Part shown: positions 29,184 through 37,550 of the stretch, piece by piece | Layout: each line of letters starts with the position of its first letter | How positions within the stretch are numbered: position 1 is the stretch's first letter | Source of the DNA: Chlamydiia bacterium | GTDB taxonomy: Bacteria; Chlamydiota; Chlamydiia; Chlamydiales; SM23-39 | Direction of reading: 5' to 3' | Length of the DNA: 60,827 nucleotides | Assembly (NCBI GenBank): GCA_016213175.1 | Contig: JACRBF010000029.1 | Span: 1-60,827 of the forward strand | Notes under the pieces: model-generated | Database searches by the model: none | What the model was told of the DNA's origin: nothing | Seen by the model: only the letters and a program-made list of their open reading frames with translations | Position numbers and translations under genes: made by a program

Positions 29184-30137
29184 TTACTTTACTAGGCGCT
29201 GTTGGAGGATCGTTTCTAGCTTGACGATATCTTTGACGAAGTTTCTGATCCCTTCAGAGAGTTTTTCTGTCGCCATTGCATCCTCATTGAGGAGATAACG
29301 GAATGCTTTTTCATCGACTGCGATCTTGGTGAGAGGAGCGCTTTGAGCCTTTTCTGGATTGAGTTTACGATGGACGGGGGAGCTATTTTGCTTGAGTTCT
29401 TCTAAGAGAGAAGGCGCGATAGTTAGAAGGTCGCATCCGGCCAATTCGAGGATCTCTTCCTTATTTCTGAAAGAGGCTCCCATAATCTGAGTTTTATATC
29501 CGAATTTTTTGTAATAATTATAGATGAGTGTAACTGATTTGACGCCTGGATCTTCCGTTGGTGGGTAGGCGGCGATATTATCGTATTTTTTGAACCAATC
29601 GAGGATACGGCCGACGAAAGGGGAAATAAGGGTAGCCTTTGCCTCGGCACAAGCAATGGCTTGCGGCAGACTGAAAAGGAGGGTCATATTGCAGTGGATC
29701 CCCTCTTTTTCTAGCTCGCGGGCAGCAAGAATTCCTTCCCAGGTCGAAGCGAGTTTAATCAAAATCCGTTTTCGATCGATGCCGGATGTCTCATATAAAG
29801 AGATGAGATGGAGCGCTTTAGCGATGCTTCCTTCCACATCAAAAGAGAGCCGTGCATCGACTTCAGTGGAAACGCGTCCTGGGACGATTTTCAAGATTTC
29901 CAGTCCAAAATTGACGAAGAGTTTATCAAGAGACTGGGAAAGGGAGTTTTTCCCTTTTGCCTTCCCATAGCGGACAGCGTCTTCGAGAAGAGGGTGATAT
30001 TGGGGTTGCTGGCTTGCGCTGTAGATCAGGGAGGGATTCGTGGTAGAATCGGTTGGGCTGTATTGTTGAAGGGAGGTGAAATCGCCTGAGTCGGCAACAA
30101 CGGTTGTGAATTTCTTTAATTGGTCGAGTTGATTCAT
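29184..30137 (-). CDS. tal: transaldolase
   Basis: [25 protein letters not shown], and [12 protein letters not shown] (Schiff-base Lys). Confidence 0.95.
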   Translation of the reverse strand: MNQLDQLKKFTTVVADSGDFTSLQQYSPTDSTTNPSLIYSASQQPQYHPLLEDAVRYGKAKGKNSLSQSLDKLFVNFGLEILKIVPGRVSTEVDARLSFDVEGSIAKALHLISLYETSGIDRKRILIKLASTWEGILAARELEKEGIHCNMTLLFSLPQAIACAEAKATLISPFVGRILDWFKKYDNIAAYPPTEDPGVKSVTLIYNYYKKFGYKTQIMGASFRNKEEILELAGCDLLTIAPSLLEELKQNSSPVHRKLNPEKAQSAPLTKIAVDEKAFRYLLNEDAMATEKLSEGIRNFVKDIVKLETILQQRLVK

Positions 30138-30599
30138 TTAAAAGGCTCTCTTTAAGAGATTTGCTGGGAATAGGGTGTTGCTGGTCAAGTTTTCATAGAG
30201 TGTTGGAAAATTTCCCGGCGTGAGGGTTTGTTCAAAATCGTCTACCAGGATAACAATCGATTTCCCTTCTTGCAAGGCTTTGATAAGCTGGAGCGTGAGA
30301 TCTTCGGGCAGCTTGAGTCTCATCCCTCCTTCAAGAGGCGAAAGAAATGTCTCTAGCGTCTCCTTGTCGATGAAGAATTTAACGCTAAGGGGCGCCTTAC
30401 CGTGGAATTTGTATTGTGCGAGACTCAGGAAGGAGATGATGCCTGATTCGGTGTTGAGGAACTCCAGCCTGAGAGGGGAACCCTGAGGATCTGTATAAAG
30501 GAGTCTTGCCGCATCAAAGACCCTGTCCCCGGAGGAGATCGTATCGAGCGTCCAGGGATTTGAAGTTGTGCATGAGGCGAGCAGAAGCAGGAGCGCCAT
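30138..30599 (-). CDS. putative lipoprotein (153 aa)
   Basis: MALLLLLASC is a lipobox-type signal. Its stop abuts the tal ATG. The alternative start ATG 30662 (8-nt overlap with the upstream small gene) would add a 21-aa repeat-encoded extension. No good SD for either start. Confidence 0.5.
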   Translation of the reverse strand: MALLLLLASCTTSNPWTLDTISSGDRVFDAARLLYTDPQGSPLRLEFLNTESGIISFLSLAQYKFHGKAPLSVKFFIDKETLETFLSPLEGGMRLKLPEDLTLQLIKALQEGKSIVILVDDFEQTLTPGNFPTLYENLTSNTLFPANLLKRAF

Positions 30600-30640
30600 T
30601 CTCCGAAAAGCGACGAAATCCAAATCTGTGAACAGTCTCT
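30600..30640. repeat. Family A solo arm (~41 bp)
   Basis: ctccgaaaagcgacgaaatccaaatctgtgaacagtctct, compared with tcctccgaaaagcgacgaaatccatatccgttaacaatctct in the full copy. Confidence 0.7.
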
Positions 30641-30654
30641 GCAAGACTAGTCTC

Positions 30655-30867
30655 CTAATCATGGGAAAAAGTGCCCGAATTCAGCGACACAATCACAACG
30701 CCGATGGCGGCGGTGATGAGGGCGCTGCCGGCAAATACCCAGTTTTGCCAGTGGTCGCTCGTACTTTCTTGCGCAGAATTTGCGGCGGCGGCTCCTGTTT
30801 CCTCTGCATAGAGCTTGGGAGTGGAAGCGAGAATCGAGAGGATAAATAGAAAGGCGATTCTTTGCAT
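30655..30867 (-). CDS. small exported membrane protein, paralog S3 (70 aa)
   Basis: Signal peptide MQRIAFLFILSILASTPKLYA, Ala/Ser-rich linker, W-containing glycine-zipper TM (WVFAGSALITAAIGVVIV), C-terminal GTFSHD. Strong SD ggagg. Confidence 0.6.
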   Translation of the reverse strand: MQRIAFLFILSILASTPKLYAEETGAAAANSAQESTSDHWQNWVFAGSALITAAIGVVIVSLNSGTFSHD

Positions 30868-30883
30868 GTTCCTCCGAAGGTTT

Positions 30884-31585
30884 TTAGAAATTTTGATAGA
30901 TTTTTTTGCGCCCCTCTTGCAGTACGAGGAACTGCCAGTAAGCGCCTAAATTTTCATGCCCTTGCAAAACTTTATGCTGTAGCTCCACCCACTTTGCTTC
31001 TTGCAACTGAGGCGTCATGGTGGCTGTCTCGGAGTCGATCGAGGTAAAAAAGGTTTCGAATTGCGATTTTTCTTCGGGGGACAGCACAATCAAAAGATGG
31101 GGAATCAAAGAGAGCGATTGAAATGCTTGAACAAAGGCTTTTTGGAAAGTGAGGAAGTCGTCTTTAGAGGAGGCACCTGTCAGAATATAGGCGTGTTTTC
31201 CTTTTACAAGGATGAGTTGGAGCATTTTAATGTCGCCCCAGAGCGCTTTTGTCGTAATTTCGGTGAGCCTTGCCTCTCCTGCTTCAGTCATGAATTTCCC
31301 GAGATCTCTCCAAGTTGTATTTGGTTCTGCGAGATGAATCTCCCGGACTGCTTTGAGATACTGCTTGGCAGAGACGTCGATCTCTTCTGTGGCTAAATTC
31401 ATCGAGGGGCGGAAGTTAGAAGAGCCTTTGCCAAGAAACCCAACGCGTACGTAGGAAGAGAGTTCTTTCGCAACGGCACATTCCCAACCTGCTGGGGGAG
31501 TGAAGAGAGGGATGGGAGGAGATGTGTCGTCTGCTGCTAAAATTCCGAGGTACAAGAGAAGGGTAATGAGAGTGTATTTTATCAC
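30884..31585 (-). CDS. hypothetical exported protein (about 233 aa)
   Basis: The ORF 30884..31837 is trimmed to GTG 31585 (SD aagga 4 nt upstream), because residues 1-84 of the long ORF are encoded by repeat A4. The trimmed protein starts with a signal-like VIKYTLITLLLYLGILAA. Confidence 0.6.
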   Translation of the reverse strand: MIKYTLITLLLYLGILAADDTSPPIPLFTPPAGWECAVAKELSSYVRVGFLGKGSSNFRPSMNLATEEIDVSAKQYLKAVREIHLAEPNTTWRDLGKFMTEAGEARLTEITTKALWGDIKMLQLILVKGKHAYILTGASSKDDFLTFQKAFVQAFQSLSLIPHLLIVLSPEEKSQFETFFTSIDSETATMTPQLQEAKWVELQHKVLQGHENLGAYWQFLVLQEGRKKIYQNF

Positions 31586-31592
31586 GAGATCC

Positions 31593-31769
31593 TTAGAGAC
31601 TGTTAACGGATTTGGTTTCTGTCGATTTTCGGGACCTTTTGAGCCGATTTTCGATGCAAAATTGGGGGGCAATATCAACATCCAGTATATTGCCCCCCAA
31701 TTTTGCATCGAAAATCGGCCAAAAATCCTCCGAAAAGCGACGAAATCCATATCCGTTAACAATCTCTTA
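31593..31769. repeat. Family A palindromic element, full long form (177 bp)
   Basis: Two ~80-nt arms in inverted orientation around the centre caacatccagt. Termini are ttagagactgttaacgg / ccgttaacaatctctta. The core is gccgattttcgatgcaaaattggggggcaatat. Confidence 0.9.
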
Positions 31770-31994
31770 GTGGGCATGAGATGAATCATTATCGGGAATA
31801 AGAGCGCACAGCAAAGCAATGCCAACGCCGAGACCAAGTCCCCATCCCATCATCGAGAGTACCGTTGCATCCCTACTGCTGTAGCCCGCGCTTTCCCCTC
31901 TTCGGGACGAGCGCTGATTTTTTGGCTCTTGCGTGACGCCCGGCAGGGACCAGATCGTCATGCACAAAAGGACAAGTAGCGTGAATCTGAGCAT
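31767..31994 (-). CDS. small exported membrane protein, paralog S2 (75 aa)
   Basis: Trimmed to ATG 31994 (SD ggaagggg). Signal-like MLRFTLLVLLCMTIWSLPG, polar linker, MGWGLGLGVGIALLCAL glycine-zipper TM, C-terminal DSSHAH. Its TAA stop is the terminal TTA of repeat A4. Confidence 0.55.
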   Translation of the reverse strand: MLRFTLLVLLCMTIWSLPGVTQEPKNQRSSRRGESAGYSSRDATVLSMMGWGLGLGVGIALLCALIPDNDSSHAH

Positions 31995-32077
31995 AGATCC
32001 CCTTCCGTTTTTCTTATTGCACACTGCTATAGTTTCCAGCAATCTGCCAAGAAGCGTAAAGGGGATATGCTTTAGAC

Positions 32078-32293
32078 TTAGTGAGAAAAGGTCGAAGGTG
32101 AGCTGGACGCTGACGCTGCGGTAATACCTATTACGACAGCGAGTACAGCAACGGCTCCAAGTCCGATTCCCCAAGCCATGCTATTAGACCCGGCATCTGC
32201 AGAAGCGGTAGCCGCTTTCCCAGTGGTTTGTGCTTGAGCAGCTGTGCTGCCGAGCAAGGTGAAAACAGCGAGAAGAGTTGTGAGTTTTTTCAT
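32078..32293 (-). CDS. small exported membrane protein, paralog S1 (71 aa)
   Basis: MKKLTTLLAVFTLLGSTAAQA signal peptide, Ala/Ser linker, AWGIGLGAVAVLAVVIGI TM, C-terminal STFSH. SD gagg 7 nt upstream of ATG 32293. Confidence 0.6.
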   Translation of the reverse strand: MKKLTTLLAVFTLLGSTAAQAQTTGKAATASADAGSNSMAWGIGLGAVAVLAVVIGITAASASSSPSTFSH

Positions 32294-32450
32294 AGTTAAC
32301 CTCAAGGTTGGAAGTGAAAATCATCAGGGTTATAAGACCCGTACTTCTCACGTGTAAACTTTTTTTACAATTTTTTCCAGCGGATAGTTTGTAAGGATAG
32401 GAGAAAAATAGGAATTCAAGATAGAATTGAGCTTTTTAGGGAGAGTGAAA

Positions 32451-33077
32451 ATGAAGGGATTGGAGACGGGAAAAGATAAAATTCAGAAAATTTGCGACAC
32501 CCTTCGCAAAGAAACTCTGGAGCCAGCCAAGCAAGAGGCACGGGAGATTGTCGAAAATGCCCGCATTCGCTCGGAAGAAATCCTGCGGGATGCCCAGGTA
32601 AAGGCAGAGGAGATTTTCCGTGAGGCTGCACAGGGGATAGAAGAGAGGCAAAGGCTCTTTCAATCTTCTCTGCAACTGGCCTGTAAACAAGGCATTGAGC
32701 AATTAAAACAGAGGATTGAGGAGCAACTTTTCGATCGCGAACTTGCCCATGTAGTATCTCACGAGATGGGTGATCCTAAAGTCATTGCCACGATCTTGAA
32801 TAGTTTTATGCGTATCATGGAAGAAAAAGGGATCGATGATGATTTCATGGCGGTGATCCCCAAGTCGATTCCCCCCCGTTCAATCAGCGCCCTTCTGGCA
32901 GCCCGGGTGATCGAACGGTTGAAAGAAAAAGCAATCACAGTGGGGGATTTTTCGGGAGGTGTTCAAATTCAGCTGAAGGGAAGGCAGATCACGATTGATA
33001 TATCCGATTCCGTTGTACGGGAACTGATTGCTCTTTACATCCGGCGTGACTTTCGGGATCTTGTATTCAATGTATAG
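32451..33077 (+). CDS. atpE: V-type ATP synthase subunit E
   Basis: Charged helical N-terminus (KIQKICDTLRKETLEPAKQEAREIVENARIRSEEILRDAQVKAEE), first gene of the V-ATPase cluster. ATG 32451 is preferred over TTG 32427. Confidence 0.8.
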   Translation: MKGLETGKDKIQKICDTLRKETLEPAKQEAREIVENARIRSEEILRDAQVKAEEIFREAAQGIEERQRLFQSSLQLACKQGIEQLKQRIEEQLFDRELAHVVSHEMGDPKVIATILNSFMRIMEEKGIDDDFMAVIPKSIPPRSISALLAARVIERLKEKAITVGDFSGGVQIQLKGRQITIDISDSVVRELIALYIRRDFRDLVFNV

Positions 33078-33852
33078 GTCGTATTACTTCGCTCTTCTAT
33101 CTCTGCCACAGCTCTCCTTTAAGGAGCCTTTGGAGATCACATTTCAAGATTTGAGGGATCTGTTGCTACTGAATTTGGCGCCGGCGGACTTTGTCCAATT
33201 TACCATTCTCTTACAGTGGATCAACCTTTATAATGTACGCGCTGTTTGGCTGGGACAGCCTCTGGATGACCGGGGAACGATGACCTCCAAAGAGGTAGAG
33301 GAAGCTCTTCTCGTGCGCGATGGGCTGCCTTCTTATCTGATCGATTATTTGGATCGCTATGAGACAGTGAGTCAAAGGCTCTCCTATTTTCCCTCCCTTC
33401 TCGTCTCCTTATTCCAAAAAGCTACGCTCTTGCACGGTTTTTTGCGCGCCTATTATCACTTTGAACGGGATTTACAACTTCTCCTTACGGCTCTTCGGGC
33501 AAAAAAAACAAAGCGCGATATCGTGTACGAGTTGCAATTTGAAGATCCTACGGACTCCCTTGTCGCTCAGATCCTCGCCCAAAAAGATGCCCCAGAGTTT
33601 GTCGTCCCCTTTGAATATGAGGATTTGAAAATCCTATTTGTGGAAAATAACTCAGATCCAGAAAAATTGCACAGAGCCCTTTTGGAATACCGCTTTCGGA
33701 AAATCGAAGAAATGGAAGAGGCGTTCACAGACCCCTTTTCCCTCGACGCGGTACTCGGATATGTAGCCAGATTTATCCTCGTTGACGACTGGTTTAAAAA
33801 CGACCCAGAAAAGGGACACTTAGTAGTGGAAGCAATGAGTCAGTATGAATAA
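33070..33852 (+). CDS. V-ATPase-associated protein (subunit C-like / DUF2764-type position)
   Basis: Lies between atpE and atpA as in other chlamydiae. ATG 33070 overlaps the atpE stop by 8 nt. Assigned by context only. Confidence 0.65.
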   Translation: MYRSYYFALLSLPQLSFKEPLEITFQDLRDLLLLNLAPADFVQFTILLQWINLYNVRAVWLGQPLDDRGTMTSKEVEEALLVRDGLPSYLIDYLDRYETVSQRLSYFPSLLVSLFQKATLLHGFLRAYYHFERDLQLLLTALRAKKTKRDIVYELQFEDPTDSLVAQILAQKDAPEFVVPFEYEDLKILFVENNSDPEKLHRALLEYRFRKIEEMEEAFTDPFSLDAVLGYVARFILVDDWFKNDPEKGHLVVEAMSQYE

Positions 33853-35626
33853 GAAAATAAATGCCTCAGGGCGTGTCATCCGCGCTTTTGGGAATCTTCT
33901 CCATGTTCAGTTTGAAGGGTCTATTCGTCAAGGCGAAGTGGCTCACGTTAAAGTAGGAGATGCGCAGCTTCTCTCTGAGGTGATTGAGATTGCTGGCAAC
34001 GAGGCGAAAATTCAAGTGTTTGAAGATACGCGTGGAGTTAAGCTTAATACCGAGGTTTATTTCGCCAATCATCTGTTAGAGGCGGAACTGGGTCCAGGAC
34101 TTCTCACCTCTATTTTTGACGGGTTGCAGAATCCTTTAGAAGAGGTAGCTCGCGTGAGCGGCGTCTATTTGTCTCGTGGCGTCTATCTTAGGCCTTTAAA
34201 TCGGGAAAAGAAGTGGGATTTTACTCCGACCGCAAAAATAGGGGATATGCTTTCACGGGGCGATGCGGTGGGTTTTGTTCCTGAAGGGAGATTGCAACAT
34301 TTGATCATGGTGCCTTTCTCTTTTTTCGGCAAAGTGCGGATTACCCACGTGGCTAAAGGGGGCGCCTATTCGATAGATGAGGTCGTAGCTACAGGGGAAG
34401 ACGAGAAGGGGAGAGCCGTTTCTATTACAATGGTGCAGAGATGGCCTGTAAAAAACCCTCTCAGCGAGGGGAGAAAGGTCAAGCCAAGCCGGATGATGGG
34501 TACCGGCATGAGAATTTTGGATACCCAATTTCCCGTGCTGAAAGGGGGAACATTCTGTTCTCCGGGGCCTTTTGGGGCGGGTAAGACGGTCATGCAACAT
34601 CACCTTTCGAAATATTCGGCGGTGGACATCGTTGTGATCGTGGCCTGCGGAGAGAGAGCGGGGGAAGTTGTTGAGGTGCTGCGTACGTTTCCAAAGCTGA
34701 CGGACCCGCATACCGATGAGCCGCTCATGAAAAGAACGGTCATGATTTGCAATACCTCTTCGATGCCTGTTGCAGCGCGTGAGGCATCCGTCTATATGGG
34801 GGCGACGATTGCCGAGTATTATCGGCAAATGGGTGTAGATGTGCTTTTGCTTGCAGATTCCACTTCGCGTTGGGCCCAAGCGATGCGAGAGATGTCGGGG
34901 CGCTTGGAAGAGATTCCTGGAGAAGAGGCGTTTCCTGCTTATCTCGCCTCCAGGATCTCCTCCTTTTATGAGCGTGCGGGGGTGGTTCAATTTAAACGAG
35001 GCGCTGTGGGTTCTCTCACAATCGGAGGGAGCGTCTCTCCTGCCGGAGGTAATTTCGAAGAACCCGTAACGCAGGCCTCTCTTTCTATCGTGGGCGCCTT
35101 TCACGGATTATCGAGAGCTCGTTCTGATGCGCGTAGATATCCGGCGATCGATCCGTTGATTTCCTGGACGAAATACTTGAGCGAAGTGGGTTCTGAACTC
35201 AATGCCAAGTATCCCCATTGGGCAGACCGAGTCAGAAAATCCGCTCAAATTCTTGCGAAGGGAGATGAAATTGGTAAGCGGATGGAGGTAGTAGGAGAGG
35301 AGGGGGTCGCTTTAGAGGACATGATTCTCTACCTTAAATCAGAACTTTATGAGTTCTGCTATTTGCAGCAAAATGCCTTCGATAAAGAGGATACGTATTG
35401 TCCGCTAGAGCGGCAGATTGAGATGTTTCGATTGATTCAGACAATTTTCGATGCCTCTTTTGCGTTCGATGCGCACGATGAAGCGAGGAGCTTTTTCTTG
35501 GATTTGCAAAACGAGATCAAAAATATCAATTTCTTGCCCTTCCATTCTGAGCGTTATCATCAGGCGATACGTGCTACAGAGCACAAGATCGAATCGAAAC
35601 TGAAAGGAGCTATGCTAGTTTCATGA
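33845..35626 (+). CDS. atpA: V-type ATP synthase catalytic subunit A
   Basis: 593 aa with Walker [10 protein letters not shown] and Walker B-region [12 protein letters not shown]. Confidence 0.97.
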   Translation: MNKKINASGRVIRAFGNLLHVQFEGSIRQGEVAHVKVGDAQLLSEVIEIAGNEAKIQVFEDTRGVKLNTEVYFANHLLEAELGPGLLTSIFDGLQNPLEEVARVSGVYLSRGVYLRPLNREKKWDFTPTAKIGDMLSRGDAVGFVPEGRLQHLIMVPFSFFGKVRITHVAKGGAYSIDEVVATGEDEKGRAVSITMVQRWPVKNPLSEGRKVKPSRMMGTGMRILDTQFPVLKGGTFCSPGPFGAGKTVMQHHLSKYSAVDIVVIVACGERAGEVVEVLRTFPKLTDPHTDEPLMKRTVMICNTSSMPVAAREASVYMGATIAEYYRQMGVDVLLLADSTSRWAQAMREMSGRLEEIPGEEAFPAYLASRISSFYERAGVVQFKRGAVGSLTIGGSVSPAGGNFEEPVTQASLSIVGAFHGLSRARSDARRYPAIDPLISWTKYLSEVGSELNAKYPHWADRVRKSAQILAKGDEIGKRMEVVGEEGVALEDMILYLKSELYEFCYLQQNAFDKEDTYCPLERQIEMFRLIQTIFDASFAFDAHDEARSFFLDLQNEIKNINFLPFHSERYHQAIRATEHKIESKLKGAMLVS

Positions 35627-36939
35627 GAAAAGTGTATGACCGGATCCTCGATATGCGGGGCAATCTCATCACGGTGGCGGCAGCGGGTGTATCGCTCGGC
35701 GAGATCGCCAGAATTTACAAGAGCAATGGAACGGAGACCTTTGCCTCCGTACTGCGTTTCGATGACGATCTTGCAACCCTTCAAGTCTTTGAAAATACAC
35801 GGGGGATTTCTACCGGAGATCAGGTAACGTTCTTAGGGCGCCAGATTCAGGCAACCTATACCGAGGCTCTTTTAGGACGCCGTCTTAATGGAGCGGGGGC
35901 GTCCATTGACGAGGGGCCTGAAATCGTAGGTGAGGCAATTGACATCGGCAAGCCTTCGTTCAATCCCACCCGCAGAATCATTCCGAGGGAATTGGTTCGA
36001 ACGAACATTCCGATGATCGATGTTTTCAATTGCCTTGTAAGATCCCAAAAAATACCCATTTTTTCGATTGCGGGAGAGCCCTATAATGCTCTGCTTATGC
36101 GTATCGCGAATCAAACCGATGCCGATGTTGTGGTTATTGCCGGCATGGGGCTTAGATTTGATGATTATCAGGCGTTTATCGATAACGCGGAAAAAGCGGG
36201 ATCGATTGAAAAAACGGTGATGTTTATCCATCAGGCGACAGATCCCCCCGTAGAGTGCATCCTCGTCCCCGCCATGGCTTTGGCAGTTGCCGAAAAATTT
36301 GCCTCCTCGGGCAAAAACGTTCTCGTTCTCATGACAGACATGACTGCTTATGCTGATGCATTGAAAGAGATTGCGATCACAATGGATCAAATCCCCTCAA
36401 ACCGAGGATACCCCGGCTCTCTCTATTCGGATCTTGCGTTCCTTTACGAAAAAGCAGTCGACATAGAAGGAAGCGGTTCGATTACCATTCTTGCAGTCAC
36501 GACGATGCCTGGGGGCGACGTCACGCATCCGATTCCCGACAACACGGGGTATATTACGGAAGGACAATTTTATCTGCATGGAGGTTCCATTGATCCCTTC
36601 GGATCGCTTTCTCGCCTCAAACAGCAGGTGATCGGCCAGGTGACTAGGGAAGATCACGGAGAAGTGGCAAATGCGATGATCCGCCTCTATGCCGATTCCA
36701 AAAAAGCGCGTGAAAGGCAATCCATGGGATTTCGTTTGTCGCGCTGGGATGAAAAGCTGCTCCGCTATTCGCATCTTTTCGAAAAGCGGATGATGAACCT
36801 TGAAGTCAACCTTTCGCTGGAGGGAGCTCTCGATATCGGCTGGATGACCCTGGCAGAGTGTTTTGATGTGGCAGAAGTGGGAATAAAAAAACAAATTGTT
36901 GACAAATACTGGCCGAAGGAGCTGCCGTCTGAACGATGA
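35623..36939 (+). CDS. atpB: V-type ATP synthase subunit B
   Basis: 438 aa, A/B-family fold sequence without a canonical P-loop. 4-nt overlaps with both neighbours. Confidence 0.97.
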   Translation: MRKVYDRILDMRGNLITVAAAGVSLGEIARIYKSNGTETFASVLRFDDDLATLQVFENTRGISTGDQVTFLGRQIQATYTEALLGRRLNGAGASIDEGPEIVGEAIDIGKPSFNPTRRIIPRELVRTNIPMIDVFNCLVRSQKIPIFSIAGEPYNALLMRIANQTDADVVVIAGMGLRFDDYQAFIDNAEKAGSIEKTVMFIHQATDPPVECILVPAMALAVAEKFASSGKNVLVLMTDMTAYADALKEIAITMDQIPSNRGYPGSLYSDLAFLYEKAVDIEGSGSITILAVTTMPGGDVTHPIPDNTGYITEGQFYLHGGSIDPFGSLSRLKQQVIGQVTREDHGEVANAMIRLYADSKKARERQSMGFRLSRWDEKLLRYSHLFEKRMMNLEVNLSLEGALDIGWMTLAECFDVAEVGIKKQIVDKYWPKELPSER

Positions 36940-37550
36940 GTATGCTCAAACTGACCAAATCGGAATTGCGGATTCAACAGACGCGTCTTGCGCAGTTTAG
37001 GAAGTATCTGCCGACATTGCAGCTCAAAAAAGCGATGCTCCAATTTGAGGTGACGATGGCTCAGATGGAGATTTCCCGTCTTGTGCAAGAAATTACCCTG
37101 TCTCGAAAGAAGGTAGAGGGTTTTTCTCCCCTTCTCCTTGAGAAGGTTTCTTGCAATGTGCTCCAGTATGCAGAAGTATTGCACGTGAAAAAGAAGTATG
37201 AGAACGTAGCAGGCGTTGACATTCCCACCCTTGAAAAAGTCGTTTTTCGGGAAGCGGATTACTTCTTATTGGGTACCCCTGCATGGACAGACAGAGCCAC
37301 GGAGATGCTCCGCGAGTATGTGGTTTTGATGGAAAAATTATCGATTGCGGAAGAGAAGAGAAGGGCGTTAGAAAAAGAGCTGCGCGACGTTTCGATTCGG
37401 GTGAATCTCTTTGAGAAGGTTTTAATTCCCAGATCAGAGAAAAATATCAGTAAAATCCGGATCTTTTTAGGCGATCAGCAGCTTGCTGCCGTCTCCCAGG
37501 CCAAAGTGGCCAAGAAGAAAATTGCCCTCCGTAATAAAGGCGCCGCATGA
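36936..37550 (+). CDS. atpD: V-type ATP synthase subunit D
   Basis: 204 aa coiled-coil central stalk protein ([29 protein letters not shown]). Confidence 0.9.
   Translation: MSMLKLTKSELRIQQTRLAQFRKYLPTLQLKKAMLQFEVTMAQMEISRLVQEITLSRKKVEGFSPLLLEKVSCNVLQYAEVLHVKKKYENVAGVDIPTLEKVVFREADYFLLGTPAWTDRATEMLREYVVLMEKLSIAEEKRRALEKELRDVSIRVNLFEKVLIPRSEKNISKIRIFLGDQQLAAVSQAKVAKKKIALRNKGAA

Noticed and set aside
30600-30662. Longer lipoprotein start at ATG 30662 (translationally coupled to the S3 stop)
   Set aside because: Not fully rejected. It is disfavoured because it would put a 21-aa repeat-encoded segment in front of an otherwise canonical lipobox signal peptide. It is listed as the alternative start in the feature table.
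34253-35104. 283-aa ORF antisense to atpA (and similar ones at 35872-36894 opposite atpB, 27891-28577 opposite rpoC, 45810-46400 opposite pkn1, and 2623-3255 in alternative reading frames within the MFS gene)
   Set aside because: Same reasoning: antisense to, or out of frame within, genes with unmistakable homology, Arg/Ser/His-rich low-complexity translations, and no independent support.
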